Below, in pieces: positions 42,579 to 52,002 of a DNA stretch of 64,000 bases (position 1 is its first letter; each line of letters opens with the position of its first letter). Origin of the DNA: Nostoc sp. (GTDB taxonomy: Bacteria > Cyanobacteriota > Cyanobacteriia > Cyanobacteriales > Nostocaceae); the NCBI GenBank assembly GCA_036918135.1, contig JBALDB010000067.1, forward strand, positions 180,666 through 244,665, written 5' to 3'. A program made the position numbers and the translations under genes. The notes beneath the pieces were generated by a model, which saw nothing but the letters and a program-made list of their open reading frames with translations, was not told the DNA's origin and ran no database searches.

Positions 42579-43448
42579 ATGATTGAAAAAATCGAGCCAT
42601 TAGGAACAGGAACAGGAAAAATAGTATACAGTACTAACAATTGTGAAGATATTTTACACTTTTCTAAAGCGGAAATTCTGGATTTATTCAAGTTATCTGG
42701 AGTTATTCTTTTTCGAGGTTTTGGAGTAACTCCCATACAGATGAAAGCTTTTTCTGAAAAATTCAGTCATAGCTACCTTAAAGATCCCACGAAAGGAAGT
42801 CTTGACTCGGTTGATTTTGTTAACTCAGTAGATACCGGAATGGGTGCTAGTGCTGCTCATACAGAACATGGTTCTAGTCCTTATCAACCCGATGTTATTT
42901 GGTTTTGCTGTACAACCCCTGCACAAGAAGGAGGTGAAACTCTATTTTGGGATGGTATCCAACTTTGGAAGGAAATGAGCAAACATACCAAACAGTTATT
43001 TATTGATAAAAAACTCAAGTTTACTTTTGAAGATGTGCCATTAGATGTATTAAATCAATGGGTTGATTGTGGTGAAACCATTGATGATTGCAAGCAAGTC
43101 TTGGATCGATTTGAGGATTTTAATTATCAAATAAATGAAGATTCAAGCTTTTCTTTAAAATATCTTTGCTCAGCTGTCGTAAAAACCAAGTATGGAAATC
43201 AAGATGCATTTGCCAACTTCGCTTGGACAGCTCACGCTCGCGGATGGGAGATTTTTGAAGATGGTTCAAAGTTTTCTGAGGAAGTCGTTGATGAACTTGA
43301 GAAACTTTTCGACAAGTTGACGCAAGAAATCTCTTGGCAAGCTGGCGATCTAGCTATGATAGATAATTCAAGATTTATGCACGGTCGCCGCGAATTCAAA
43401 GATAATCGACGGCAGCTATTCACTACCATAGCTAAGATTTTTGACTAA
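42579..43448 (+). CDS. TauD/TfdA-family Fe(II)/2-oxoglutarate dioxygenase
   Basis: GVILFRGF, H-T-E metal ligands, GGETLFWDG, WQAGDLAMIDNSRFMHGR. Confidence 0.88.
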   Translation: MIEKIEPLGTGTGKIVYSTNNCEDILHFSKAEILDLFKLSGVILFRGFGVTPIQMKAFSEKFSHSYLKDPTKGSLDSVDFVNSVDTGMGASAAHTEHGSSPYQPDVIWFCCTTPAQEGGETLFWDGIQLWKEMSKHTKQLFIDKKLKFTFEDVPLDVLNQWVDCGETIDDCKQVLDRFEDFNYQINEDSSFSLKYLCSAVVKTKYGNQDAFANFAWTAHARGWEIFEDGSKFSEEVVDELEKLFDKLTQEISWQAGDLAMIDNSRFMHGRREFKDNRRQLFTTIAKIFD

Positions 43449-43501
43449 TGGATGGCTAAATCTAGCAATCCTCAAGCAGCTTTTTTTAGGAGGAGTTTGA
43501 A

Positions 43502-44548
43502 TTGCAAACTCAACAGTTTGACCAACTTAGGACAATAGATTGCCGTTTTTGCTCGTTGGTTTCCAAAGCTAACAAAGAAGACCCCATTGGTACAGCAGGT
43601 ACTTGTGACCACTGGTTGATTATGGAAATTCCCCAACCTTGGCCGCAAGATATCTATGAGAAAAATCTCACAATTAAAGCATTGATAGATTTTTTTCAAG
43701 AGGTCACTATCAAGCATAGAATTAATACCAGACCGATACTAATTGCTCCCGATCGCGAGTATTCTCATCCTGGTTTTACCCGCGTGCTGTACTATTATCG
43801 TCCTGCCAAACTCTTTTCTGAGTTTGAAAAACAGGAGTTTGTTGTGCCACACGAACAAGCAATTACTTTAGTAACGGCAATATTGAAACAGTCCATCCAA
43901 CAGCCCAACGATTTATCAGAATTTCAGCAGTATCAACAACAAACCAGTCACATCCGCGAACTGATGGTTTGCACACATGCTCAAGTGGATCTTGCTTGTG
44001 GCAGATTTGGAACTCCCCTATATCGCCGACTACGAAAGGAATATGCTCCGGTTTCCAAGGGAAATTTAAGAGTGTGGCAAACAACTCACTTTGGCGGTCA
44101 TCAGTTTGCCCCCACCTTAGTTGATTTACCCCAAGGATGCTTGTGGGGACATTTAGAAGCTGAAATCCTTGATTTACTGGCGAACAGAAATGGTTCAGTT
44201 GCAGACTTGCATAAATTCTACCGAGGATGGACGGGTTTAACCAAGTTTGAGCAAATTGCCGAGCGCGAAATCAGGACACAATGGGGTTGGACTTGGCTCG
44301 ACTATTTGAAAGCTGGCAAAGTGGTTGCTATTGAAGAAGTTCCCCAAGGACAAGAGCCTGATTGGGCAGAAGTACGTATCGATTATGCTGCTCCTGATGG
44401 AGGCGTATCTGGTGCTTATGAAGCCAGAGTTGAAGTCAGTGGTGAGGTGATGAGCGCACTTAACTCCGGAAAACCGATGGAGTTGAAAGCGGTGAAGCAA
44501 TATCGCGTTAGCCGTTTGGTCAAAGTTGAGTCAACAGCATCAAGCTAA
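43502..44548 (+). CDS. Sucrase/ferredoxin-like (thioredoxin-like 2Fe-2S) protein
   Basis: VCTHAQVDLACG and HFGGHQFAPT (Cys2His2 ligand set). RBS aggag lies before the TTG start. Confidence 0.85.
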   Translation: MQTQQFDQLRTIDCRFCSLVSKANKEDPIGTAGTCDHWLIMEIPQPWPQDIYEKNLTIKALIDFFQEVTIKHRINTRPILIAPDREYSHPGFTRVLYYYRPAKLFSEFEKQEFVVPHEQAITLVTAILKQSIQQPNDLSEFQQYQQQTSHIRELMVCTHAQVDLACGRFGTPLYRRLRKEYAPVSKGNLRVWQTTHFGGHQFAPTLVDLPQGCLWGHLEAEILDLLANRNGSVADLHKFYRGWTGLTKFEQIAEREIRTQWGWTWLDYLKAGKVVAIEEVPQGQEPDWAEVRIDYAAPDGGVSGAYEARVEVSGEVMSALNSGKPMELKAVKQYRVSRLVKVESTASS

Positions 44549-44558
44549 GAACCTAAAA

Positions 44559-45929
44559 ATGACTTCCCAAAAACAATCTCAACTCACAAATGAGATCCTC
44601 CAAGGCAATCTCATTAAACTGATGTTTAAGTTATCAACTCCCGGTATTTTGGGAACGCTGTTACTAAGCTCAAGCACTTTTATTGATGCTTTATTTGCAG
44701 GACAACTAATTGGTGAAACTGCTGTCGCTGGTATATCTCTTGCTTCACCATTAACTTCTGTTATTCTTGGTTCTGCTTACTTAGTTGGAGTAGGTTCTGC
44801 TTCTGTTCTTAGTCGAGCTATTGGTTCTGGAGATATCAAAACTCAGTCCCAAATATTTGGCAACTTAATCATAATAAGTATTATTATCTCCTTGGCGTTA
44901 ACAATCATTGGCTACAACTTTGGTGAAGAATTAATTGTCTTCATGGGCGGAAGTGGTGAAGTTGCCTCTACTGGAGCAAAGTTTTTTAAGACTTATATGC
45001 TAGGTTCAGTGTTTTGTATCATAGCGATTGCTGCAAACCATCTGATCAAATCTGAAGGAAAACTTAGATTAACTATGATATTTGCAGCTATTTTTGTCTT
45101 TGTTAACATTATTTTAAATACTATATTTATTAGAATATTTAATTGGGGAATTGAGGGATTAGCTTTTGCTACAGTTATTGCAATGGTTGTTTACTGTACT
45201 GCTATCTTAACGTATTTTATTTCTGGTAAAAGTTCTATCCCAGTTCATCCCCTAAAATTAGTTATTGCAATAGATTTATTACCCGATATTTTATCAGTGG
45301 GAATTTCAGAGCTACTGACTCCAATTATGAGTTTAATTCAAAGTTTTTTAGTTTTTAAATCTATATCTCATTATGGAACCCAGAATGATATAGCCTTCTT
45401 TGGAGCTATAGAGGCATTAAGTTTACTAGCATTCATTCCTATGAATGGGTTTATGCAAGCCTTCCAACCTGTAATCGGCATAAATTATGGAGCAAAAAAT
45501 TACCATAGACTCAAAAAAGCTTATTTAACTTTTTTAATTGGTGTCATTGCTTTATTAATATTATCTTGGCTGCCTATGCAATTATTTCCTAAAACGTTTC
45601 TGGGCTTGCTATTGCCTAAGGTTAGTTTTACTATTAATGATTTAATTTACTTTTGGATTCTTAATTTATTAATACCAATAATGCCAGTTATTGCTTGTAG
45701 TGTAGTTCTTTTTCAATCCATAGGTAAAGGAAAAATTGTTGGTGTAATAGTTATTGTAAGAAGTCTAATTTTATTTATTCCAATGGTAATCATATTGCCA
45801 AGATTTTTTGGTTTAGGAGGTATATATTATGGAATAGTTTTAACGGATATCATAATTTTGTTAATTGCAATTAAATTAACCTTGGAAGAATTTAATTACT
45901 TTAGCAAAATGGCAACCAAAACTTCATAG
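44559..45929 (+). CDS. MATE family efflux transporter
   Basis: About 12 hydrophobic segments; NIILNTIFI..WGIEGLAFAT; QPVIGINYGAKNY. ATG at 44559. Confidence 0.9.
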   Translation: MTSQKQSQLTNEILQGNLIKLMFKLSTPGILGTLLLSSSTFIDALFAGQLIGETAVAGISLASPLTSVILGSAYLVGVGSASVLSRAIGSGDIKTQSQIFGNLIIISIIISLALTIIGYNFGEELIVFMGGSGEVASTGAKFFKTYMLGSVFCIIAIAANHLIKSEGKLRLTMIFAAIFVFVNIILNTIFIRIFNWGIEGLAFATVIAMVVYCTAILTYFISGKSSIPVHPLKLVIAIDLLPDILSVGISELLTPIMSLIQSFLVFKSISHYGTQNDIAFFGAIEALSLLAFIPMNGFMQAFQPVIGINYGAKNYHRLKKAYLTFLIGVIALLILSWLPMQLFPKTFLGLLLPKVSFTINDLIYFWILNLLIPIMPVIACSVVLFQSIGKGKIVGVIVIVRSLILFIPMVIILPRFFGLGGIYYGIVLTDIIILLIAIKLTLEEFNYFSKMATKTS

Positions 45930-46008
45930 TTAATAAAAAATTTATCCAATGATTTTTTGAGATTTTATTTTGTAGAAAAATATCCTACCAATCGTGAGGG
46001 TCAAAAAA

Positions 46009-46887
46009 ATGGTTCAGAAACAAAATGGTGCTGTTTTAATTACAGGAACATCCACAGGAGTAGGTCGAGCAGCAGCGCTCCTACTTGACAAAAAAGGATA
46101 TCGTGTCTTTGCTGCGGTGCGTAAAGAAAAAGATGCTGAATCACTTAAGCATGATGCATCTGAGAATTTGACACCAATATTAATGGATGTTACTAAAGCA
46201 GAAGAAATTAAATTTGCCGCTGATATTGTTTCAAAATCTGTTGGCGATCGCGGATTGGTTGGATTAGTGAACAATGCGGGTTTCTTAGTGGACGGCCCGA
46301 TAGAGTATCTTTCAATTGACGACCTGAGATGGCAATTTGAAGTCAATGTTTTTGGACAAATAGCAGTTACCCAGGCATTCTTACCATTAATCCGCAAAGC
46401 CAAAGGTCGGATCGTAAACATCGGTTCAACAGGTGGCAAAATAGCTTTCCCATTTGCCTCTGCATTGTGTGCTTCCAAGTTTGCCTTAGAAGCATTTACA
46501 GATGCATTGAGAATGGAGTTAGAGCCTTGGGGAATTGAAGTTATTTTGGTGGAACCAGGCTCGATTGCTTCAGCAGCACCGGATAAAGTAGAAGAAAGCT
46601 TTGAGAAAAATTTTGCCAATATGTCACCTGAAGCTAAAGCGATGTACGGTGATGCCTACAAATTTTTTGTCGAGGGTTTGATTAAATCGAATCGTACAGG
46701 AATGCCACCCGAACAAGTTGCAGGTGCAATTATAGAAGCTCTAGAAGCTAGTAAACCCAAAACGCGTTATTTCTTATCTAAAGAACAGATGCTTCTAATG
46801 ATTGATTTGATACTGAAAAAAATCATGCCCGACCGCAGTTTTGATGCAATGATTTTAAAAGGTTGGAAGTTAAAAAATCAGAATTAA
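46009..46887 (+). CDS. Short-chain dehydrogenase/reductase with atypical active site (LxxxK)
   Basis: TGTSTGVG, LVNNAG, FEVNVFG, VEPG. The expected YxxSK reads LCASK. Confidence 0.88.
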   Translation: MVQKQNGAVLITGTSTGVGRAAALLLDKKGYRVFAAVRKEKDAESLKHDASENLTPILMDVTKAEEIKFAADIVSKSVGDRGLVGLVNNAGFLVDGPIEYLSIDDLRWQFEVNVFGQIAVTQAFLPLIRKAKGRIVNIGSTGGKIAFPFASALCASKFALEAFTDALRMELEPWGIEVILVEPGSIASAAPDKVEESFEKNFANMSPEAKAMYGDAYKFFVEGLIKSNRTGMPPEQVAGAIIEALEASKPKTRYFLSKEQMLLMIDLILKKIMPDRSFDAMILKGWKLKNQN

Positions 46888-46990
46888 AGCTATCTCTTTA
46901 TATTAAATCTAAGTGAATATAAAGAAGCTGAGGTAAATTCAATTGCAATGCTTTGAGAATACCAACATTCAAGAAATTTAAATAAAAATC

Positions 46991-48037
46991 ATGGTTTTAT
47001 CAGACTACAAGCCTGCGACCTTTGAGTCTCCCTTGACTGTGCAACAATGGGTATACGCTTACTGGGTTTCACGATGTATTTATGTTGTTGCTAAACTTGG
47101 GATTGCTGATTTGCTCAAAGACGGTTCCCAACACTGTAATACTTTAGCTGCTGCAACAAACACCCACAGTGATTCTCTTTATCGAGTGTTACGAGCTCTT
47201 GCTAGTCTGGGAATTTTTGCTGAAACCCAACCCCGATGCTTTGAACTGACTCCACTAGCAGATTGTTTACAGAGCAATATCCCTGATTCTATACATAACC
47301 AAGCAATCATGCGCGGGGAGGAGCATTATTACAAATCCTGGGGAAATTTGATGCATAGCGTGCAGACAGGAGAAAGTGCCTTTGAAGATTTGTATGGCAT
47401 GAATTTGTTTGAGTACAACAAACAAAATCCTGTTGTTGGAGAAATCTTTCATCAAGGTGTCGCTGCGATCGCTAAAGAGGCACATATTCCACAATTGTCG
47501 GCTTATGATTTTTCCTCAATTAGCAAGCTGGTTGATGTTGGTGGCGGTACAGGTAGCTTTCTTGCTGCTATTCTCGAAGCTAACCCCACGATGACAGGGG
47601 TATTGTTCGATCTGCCAGAAGTGATTGAGGAGACCAAAAATTCCGGCGAAACTGCATCTGTTAACGATCGCTGTCAACTGATAGGGGGTAGCTTTTTTGA
47701 GCCTATCCCCGAAGGTGGAGATGCTTATTTACTGAAGCATGTTATTCATAATTGGGACGATGAGCAAGCGATCGCCATTCTTAAGCGCTGTTATCAAGCC
47801 ATGAAAGAACAAGGGCGATTGCTAGTCATAGAGTCAATAATATCTCCTGGAAACGAGTTTTCTTGGACGAAGTTTGGAGATGTCAATATGTTGGCGATGT
47901 GCTCTGGTGGACGGGAGCGTACTGAAGCTGAATTTAGAGACTTATTTGCATCTGCTGGATTTAAACTCAGCAAAATTTTCCCAACAGAAACTGATTTCAG
48001 CATTATTGAAGGAGTTAAAATAATTAACATTAAGTGA
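46991..48037 (+). CDS. O-methyltransferase family 2 (dimerisation domain + Methyltransf_2)
   Basis: AKLGIADLL, LVDVGGGTG, GSFF, LKHVIHNWDD, GRERTEAEF. Confidence 0.92.
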   Translation: MVLSDYKPATFESPLTVQQWVYAYWVSRCIYVVAKLGIADLLKDGSQHCNTLAAATNTHSDSLYRVLRALASLGIFAETQPRCFELTPLADCLQSNIPDSIHNQAIMRGEEHYYKSWGNLMHSVQTGESAFEDLYGMNLFEYNKQNPVVGEIFHQGVAAIAKEAHIPQLSAYDFSSISKLVDVGGGTGSFLAAILEANPTMTGVLFDLPEVIEETKNSGETASVNDRCQLIGGSFFEPIPEGGDAYLLKHVIHNWDDEQAIAILKRCYQAMKEQGRLLVIESIISPGNEFSWTKFGDVNMLAMCSGGRERTEAEFRDLFASAGFKLSKIFPTETDFSIIEGVKIINIK

Positions 48038-48136
48038 AGTGCAAGTCTGTCATTTAGAGGACAGTTGTAATCATTTCGATAATTGAAGAGGCTGAGAAAT
48101 AGTAAACGAATAATTCGTAATTAGTAACAGCTAAAC

Positions 48137-48200
48137 GTAGGGGTGCATAGATATGTACCCCTACAATTTTATGTACTTCATGTGATTGGAAATCGCTATA
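48137..48200. repeat. GTAG REP-like hairpin followed by a solitary MITE end
   Basis: gtaggggtgcat-ag-atatgtacccctac hairpin. Then tgtacttcat..gaaatcgctata, similar to the right end of the 57690-57819 element. Confidence 0.55.
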
Positions 48201-48355
48201 TATAGCACTCTTATAGTAAGCCAATTAAAGGTTAGGACATCTTGAAAGCCTGAATGCTAGGAATAGTAATGTTTTACCTCCTGCCTCCAGCAAGAACTGC
48301 CTTGTCTTCGACACGCTACGCGAACTGCCTCCGGCTATAAATAATTCGTAAATTC

Positions 48356-48600
48356 TACCAATTTGAAAAAATAATATGACAAATAGACCACCTGTAGAGA
48401 CGCGATGAATCGCGTCTTGAACCAAGGATGTGTTGCAATCATTAATTGAATTGGTATTAGATATTTGGGTGAAAAATTTCGTCTTCAGGGAAGAGGTAAT
48501 ACTATTCGCCAAAATCTTTGCAACAAATGAATCGGCTGTAGGGGCGTACAGCTGTACTCCCCCACCCATACATTTGTCGCATTCTTATTTCAAATCGGTA
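48356..48600. mobile_element. MITE-like element (~245 bp) with 29-bp imperfect terminal inverted repeats and internal REP-like hairpins
   Basis: taccaatttgaaaaaataatatgacaaat (48356-48384) matches the reverse complement of 48572-48600 at 24/29 positions. Internal hairpins gtagagacgcgatgaatcgcgtct and gtaggggcgtacagctgtactcccc. Confidence 0.7.
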
Positions 48601-48707
48601 TCAAAGGCAATTAATTTTCTCTATTCCTTATTGCCTATTCCTTATTCCCTATTGCTTGCCTTAAGAACTAAATTTAGCGTTGGAATGTAGAGTTCAGTTT
48701 TTTGAAA

Positions 48708-50255
48708 ATGTCTTTAACTCAAGAAATTCTTTCCCAATTACCCGGCGATGTTTTAGCAGGGTTGGAGCAAAGCGATCGCATTTTAACATCCCTAAGAGAA
48801 AACACTGCACCTGTACCAACCTTAGTTACAGAAAGTCAGCAGCCTTTAGGCATTGCAGACTGGGATGTAGTCATCTGCGGTGGCACCTTGGGCATTTTAA
48901 TTGGTTCGGCTTTAGCACTCAAGGGACTGCGGGTAGCGTTGATGGAACGGGGAATTCTCCGGGGAAGGGTACAAGAGTGGAATATTTCTCGTAAAGAGTT
49001 AGATGTGTTTGTGGAATTGGACTTGTTAACACAAGAGGAATTAGAAACTGCGATCGCCACTCAATATAACCCAGCACGAGTCGGGTTTCACGGGGGTACA
49101 GAAATTTGGGTAGAGGATGTTTTGAATATCGGTGTAGATCCTGTATATTTGCTGGCTACATTAAAAACCCGATTTCTCGCTGCTGGTGGGAAGTTGTTGG
49201 AAAACACACCTTTTACTGGAGCAGTGGTACATCCAGATGGGGTAATGGTAAATAACCAATTTAAAACTAGGCTGTTAATCGATGCAATGGGACATTCTTC
49301 TCCTATCGCCCAACAAGCACGTCAAGGAAAAAAACCAGACGCTCTTTGCTTGGTGGTAGGAACTTGCGCTCAAGGTTTTCCGGAAAATAACTCAGGCGAT
49401 TTGTTGTTATCATTTACATCTTTGCAAAATCAATGCCAGTACTTCTGGGAAGCGTTCCCAGCTAGAGATGGTAGAACCACTTACTTGTTTACCTACATGG
49501 ATGCACATCCCCAACGTTTAAGTTTGGCAACTTTATTTGAGGAATATCTGCGTCTTCTACCAAAATATCAAGGTGTGGAATTGAGTGAGCTGAAATTTCA
49601 ACGAGCCTTGTTTGGGTTTTTTCCCAGTTATCGCCAAAGTCCCCTTAAAACTCCTTGGAATCGCATTTTACCAGTGGGAGATAGCAGTGGTAGTCAATCT
49701 CCCTTAAGTTTTGGTGGTTTTGGTGCGATGGTGCGTCACCTAAAACGTTTAACATTTGGCATTGAGGAAGCGCTGCAAACTGAACAATTATCTGCAAAAA
49801 CGCTGTCACTGCTGCAACCGTATCAGCCAAGTTTGACTGTTACCTGGTTATTTCAAAAGGCGATGAGTGTTGGTGCAAATCAAAAAATTCCCCCAGAGCA
49901 AATTAATCAACTACTGTCAGCAGTGTTTGAGGAAATGCAACAACTGGGTACGCCAGTGCTAAAACCGTTTTTGCAAGATATAGTACAATTTTGGGCACTC
50001 ACACAAACACTGTTAAAAACCAATTTATCTCATCCAGAATTAGTTATTAAAATCATTCCCCAAGTTGGTTTGGGAAATTTGTTAGATTGGATGGTGCATT
50101 ACGTTAATTTAGGTGTTTATACTACCTTGTTTCGGTTAAGTCCGATGCTAGAAAGATGGATTAAGAATCAACCAAGCAAACAACAATATTATTGGCATCG
50201 TTTAATTGATGCTTATAAATATGGCTCTGGCGGTGATTACTTAGATGAAACTTAA
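48708..50255 (+). CDS. cruP: CruA/CruP-family FAD-dependent protein (CruP-like lycopene cyclase paralog)
   Basis: DVVICGGTLG, EWNISR, LIDAMGH, YFWEAFP, GDSSGSQSPLSFGGFG. Size of ~515 aa fits CruP rather than the longer CruA. Confidence 0.75.
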   Translation: MSLTQEILSQLPGDVLAGLEQSDRILTSLRENTAPVPTLVTESQQPLGIADWDVVICGGTLGILIGSALALKGLRVALMERGILRGRVQEWNISRKELDVFVELDLLTQEELETAIATQYNPARVGFHGGTEIWVEDVLNIGVDPVYLLATLKTRFLAAGGKLLENTPFTGAVVHPDGVMVNNQFKTRLLIDAMGHSSPIAQQARQGKKPDALCLVVGTCAQGFPENNSGDLLLSFTSLQNQCQYFWEAFPARDGRTTYLFTYMDAHPQRLSLATLFEEYLRLLPKYQGVELSELKFQRALFGFFPSYRQSPLKTPWNRILPVGDSSGSQSPLSFGGFGAMVRHLKRLTFGIEEALQTEQLSAKTLSLLQPYQPSLTVTWLFQKAMSVGANQKIPPEQINQLLSAVFEEMQQLGTPVLKPFLQDIVQFWALTQTLLKTNLSHPELVIKIIPQVGLGNLLDWMVHYVNLGVYTTLFRLSPMLERWIKNQPSKQQYYWHRLIDAYKYGSGGDYLDET

Positions 50256-50404
50256 TAATTCTTCGAGTCAGGAGTCAGAATGATTGAAAAATTAATGGTT
50301 TTAAACCTGCTGGATTTTATTTAAATTATCAAGCTTGGGTATTCAAGCCTGATTAATTCTCAATTCTGACGATGAAACTTAAACAATATGTGTGTGAGGA
50401 TATT

Positions 50405-51109
50405 ATGATTGAACGGAAATCTACAGGAATCAAATACTTTGGCGTGCTGATTGGTTTCCTACGGGATCGCCAAGGATTTCTAGAGGAAGTTCGCCAAGGT
50501 ACAAGATTACCAAATAAAATCATTTCTTTATTAGTTTGTAGTTCTTTGTTCCTGGCTATCTATGGCGCAATCATTGGTGCATATCATAGCTGGATGCAAG
50601 CTTTGTCTTCCGCGATTAAACTCCCAGCCCTTTATTTAATCACACTGCTAATTTGTATTCCAACGTTATATTTTGCTAACATCATTTTTGGTTCAAAGCG
50701 GACTTTTGGACAACATTTAGCATTAGTATTAACTGCGGTTTCAGTAACTAGCGTGCTTTTATTTAGCTTTGCACCAATTACTCTCTTTTTCTTAATTACA
50801 ACCAATAATTACCAATTTTTAATTCTCTTAAATGTTTTTATTTTTGCATTGACTGGATTTATTGGAATTTCGTCCTTATATCAGGCTACGAGTTTAGTTT
50901 TAGAACAAGATAATGAAGGTAGCAAGACACGCCAGAAGATTTTACAATTTTGGTTATTTCTTTATGCTTTCGTTGGTAGCCAGCTCGGATGGACTCTCAG
51001 ACCATTTTTTGGCACACCTGATTCTGTCTTTCAACTGTTCCGCGAAAGAGAAGGTAATTTTTATCTTAGTGTGATTCAAGCTATTGGCTATCTCTTGGGA
51101 GTTCGTTAA
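50405..51109 (+). CDS. Conserved cyanobacterial multi-pass membrane protein of unknown function
   Basis: 5-6 hydrophobic helices; KLPALYLITLLICIPTLY and FVGSQLGWTLRPF motifs. RBS gagga lies before ATG 50405. Confidence 0.75.
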   Translation: MIERKSTGIKYFGVLIGFLRDRQGFLEEVRQGTRLPNKIISLLVCSSLFLAIYGAIIGAYHSWMQALSSAIKLPALYLITLLICIPTLYFANIIFGSKRTFGQHLALVLTAVSVTSVLLFSFAPITLFFLITTNNYQFLILLNVFIFALTGFIGISSLYQATSLVLEQDNEGSKTRQKILQFWLFLYAFVGSQLGWTLRPFFGTPDSVFQLFREREGNFYLSVIQAIGYLLGVR

Positions 51110-51583
51110 TTATTAGAAATCATCGGAGCGGCGATTTCTTAAATTTTAGGTTTGTGTTAATCTTACACCAAAACTTGTGATACAAAGCTCAACAAGCAGC
51201 AGTTAAACATCTGTATTTTTTCTGACTTGGCAAATTGGCAACTATTGTCAAAATAATTGTGTTATTTTCAATACTATACAAGGTGTATTTGCACTTTCAA
51301 GCTATTTAGACGGGTTGCAACCCGTCTTTATTTATCGCCAAACAAGGATATTTGACTGATGCGATCGGTTAACATAAGAAGTTGAAAGTCCTTATGTAAT
51401 ATGATGTCTGGTAAATCACCCGTAATATATCCAAAGCGAGTGAAACGACGCAATCACAACGTTTTAGGATTGTTTTCCTACGGTCGCAATGACGGTTATT
51501 TGAGCAGACATAATATACAGTAACAATTAAGAATAATATCAAAAGCGTAAGTGTAGTCCGCCTTTAGCATCGTTCTCAAACCC

Positions 51584-51612
51584 AAAAACCCAGTCGTTAT
51601 GACTGGGCTTTT
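51584..51612. terminator. Bidirectional intrinsic terminator-like hairpin
   Basis: aaaaacccagtc-gttat-gactgggctttt, with A/T tracts on both sides. Confidence 0.6.
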
Positions 51613-52002
51613 GGTGGGCTATATGACCCAAGGTTAGTTATACAAGTTATATATAAGTTGTTCGTTGTTCTAATAATGACTACAACGCCGAGATTACAAA
51701 TTCCAGAAACTAGTTACGACTTTCGTAAGAATTCTCTAAAAATATTTTAGGGAAAATAATTTGAAAATAAATAATTGAATGGCGGCTTGCTACGCCAGTA
51801 GTAGGGTGGCAAGGCTAAAATTTTGCAAAAAATTGTAGGTTGGGTTTCCTTACGTCAATCCGACACCCTGATTTGCGTTGAGTTTCGCATTGTTCAATGC
51901 AAAGCCTCTCGTAGAGAAGCAATCACAACGTCTGTGCGATTGCTTCACTTCGTTGGCAATGACAAGTATTCACGCGAACATGATATTATACCGTTACCAC
52001 GC

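Noticed and set aside
46014..46619. 201-aa antisense ORF, and the many 60-130 aa antisense or out-of-frame ORFs inside large genes
   Set aside because: Shadow ORFs of well-supported genes, with no RBS or motifs.
1..48037. Identifying the cluster as anachelin, cyanochelin, puwainaphycin or cryptophycin
   Set aside because: The visible module order (Thr-PKS-Gly/LLM-3xPKS-beta-Ala-TE) does not fit those structures as I know them. No salicylate, cyclisation or aminotransferase domains are in view. The upstream part is unseen, so a relationship cannot be fully excluded.
48225..48994. ORFs of 114, 86 and 104 aa near the BGC border
   Set aside because: They run through MITE/REP repeats or overlap cruP out of frame, and have no recognisable motifs.
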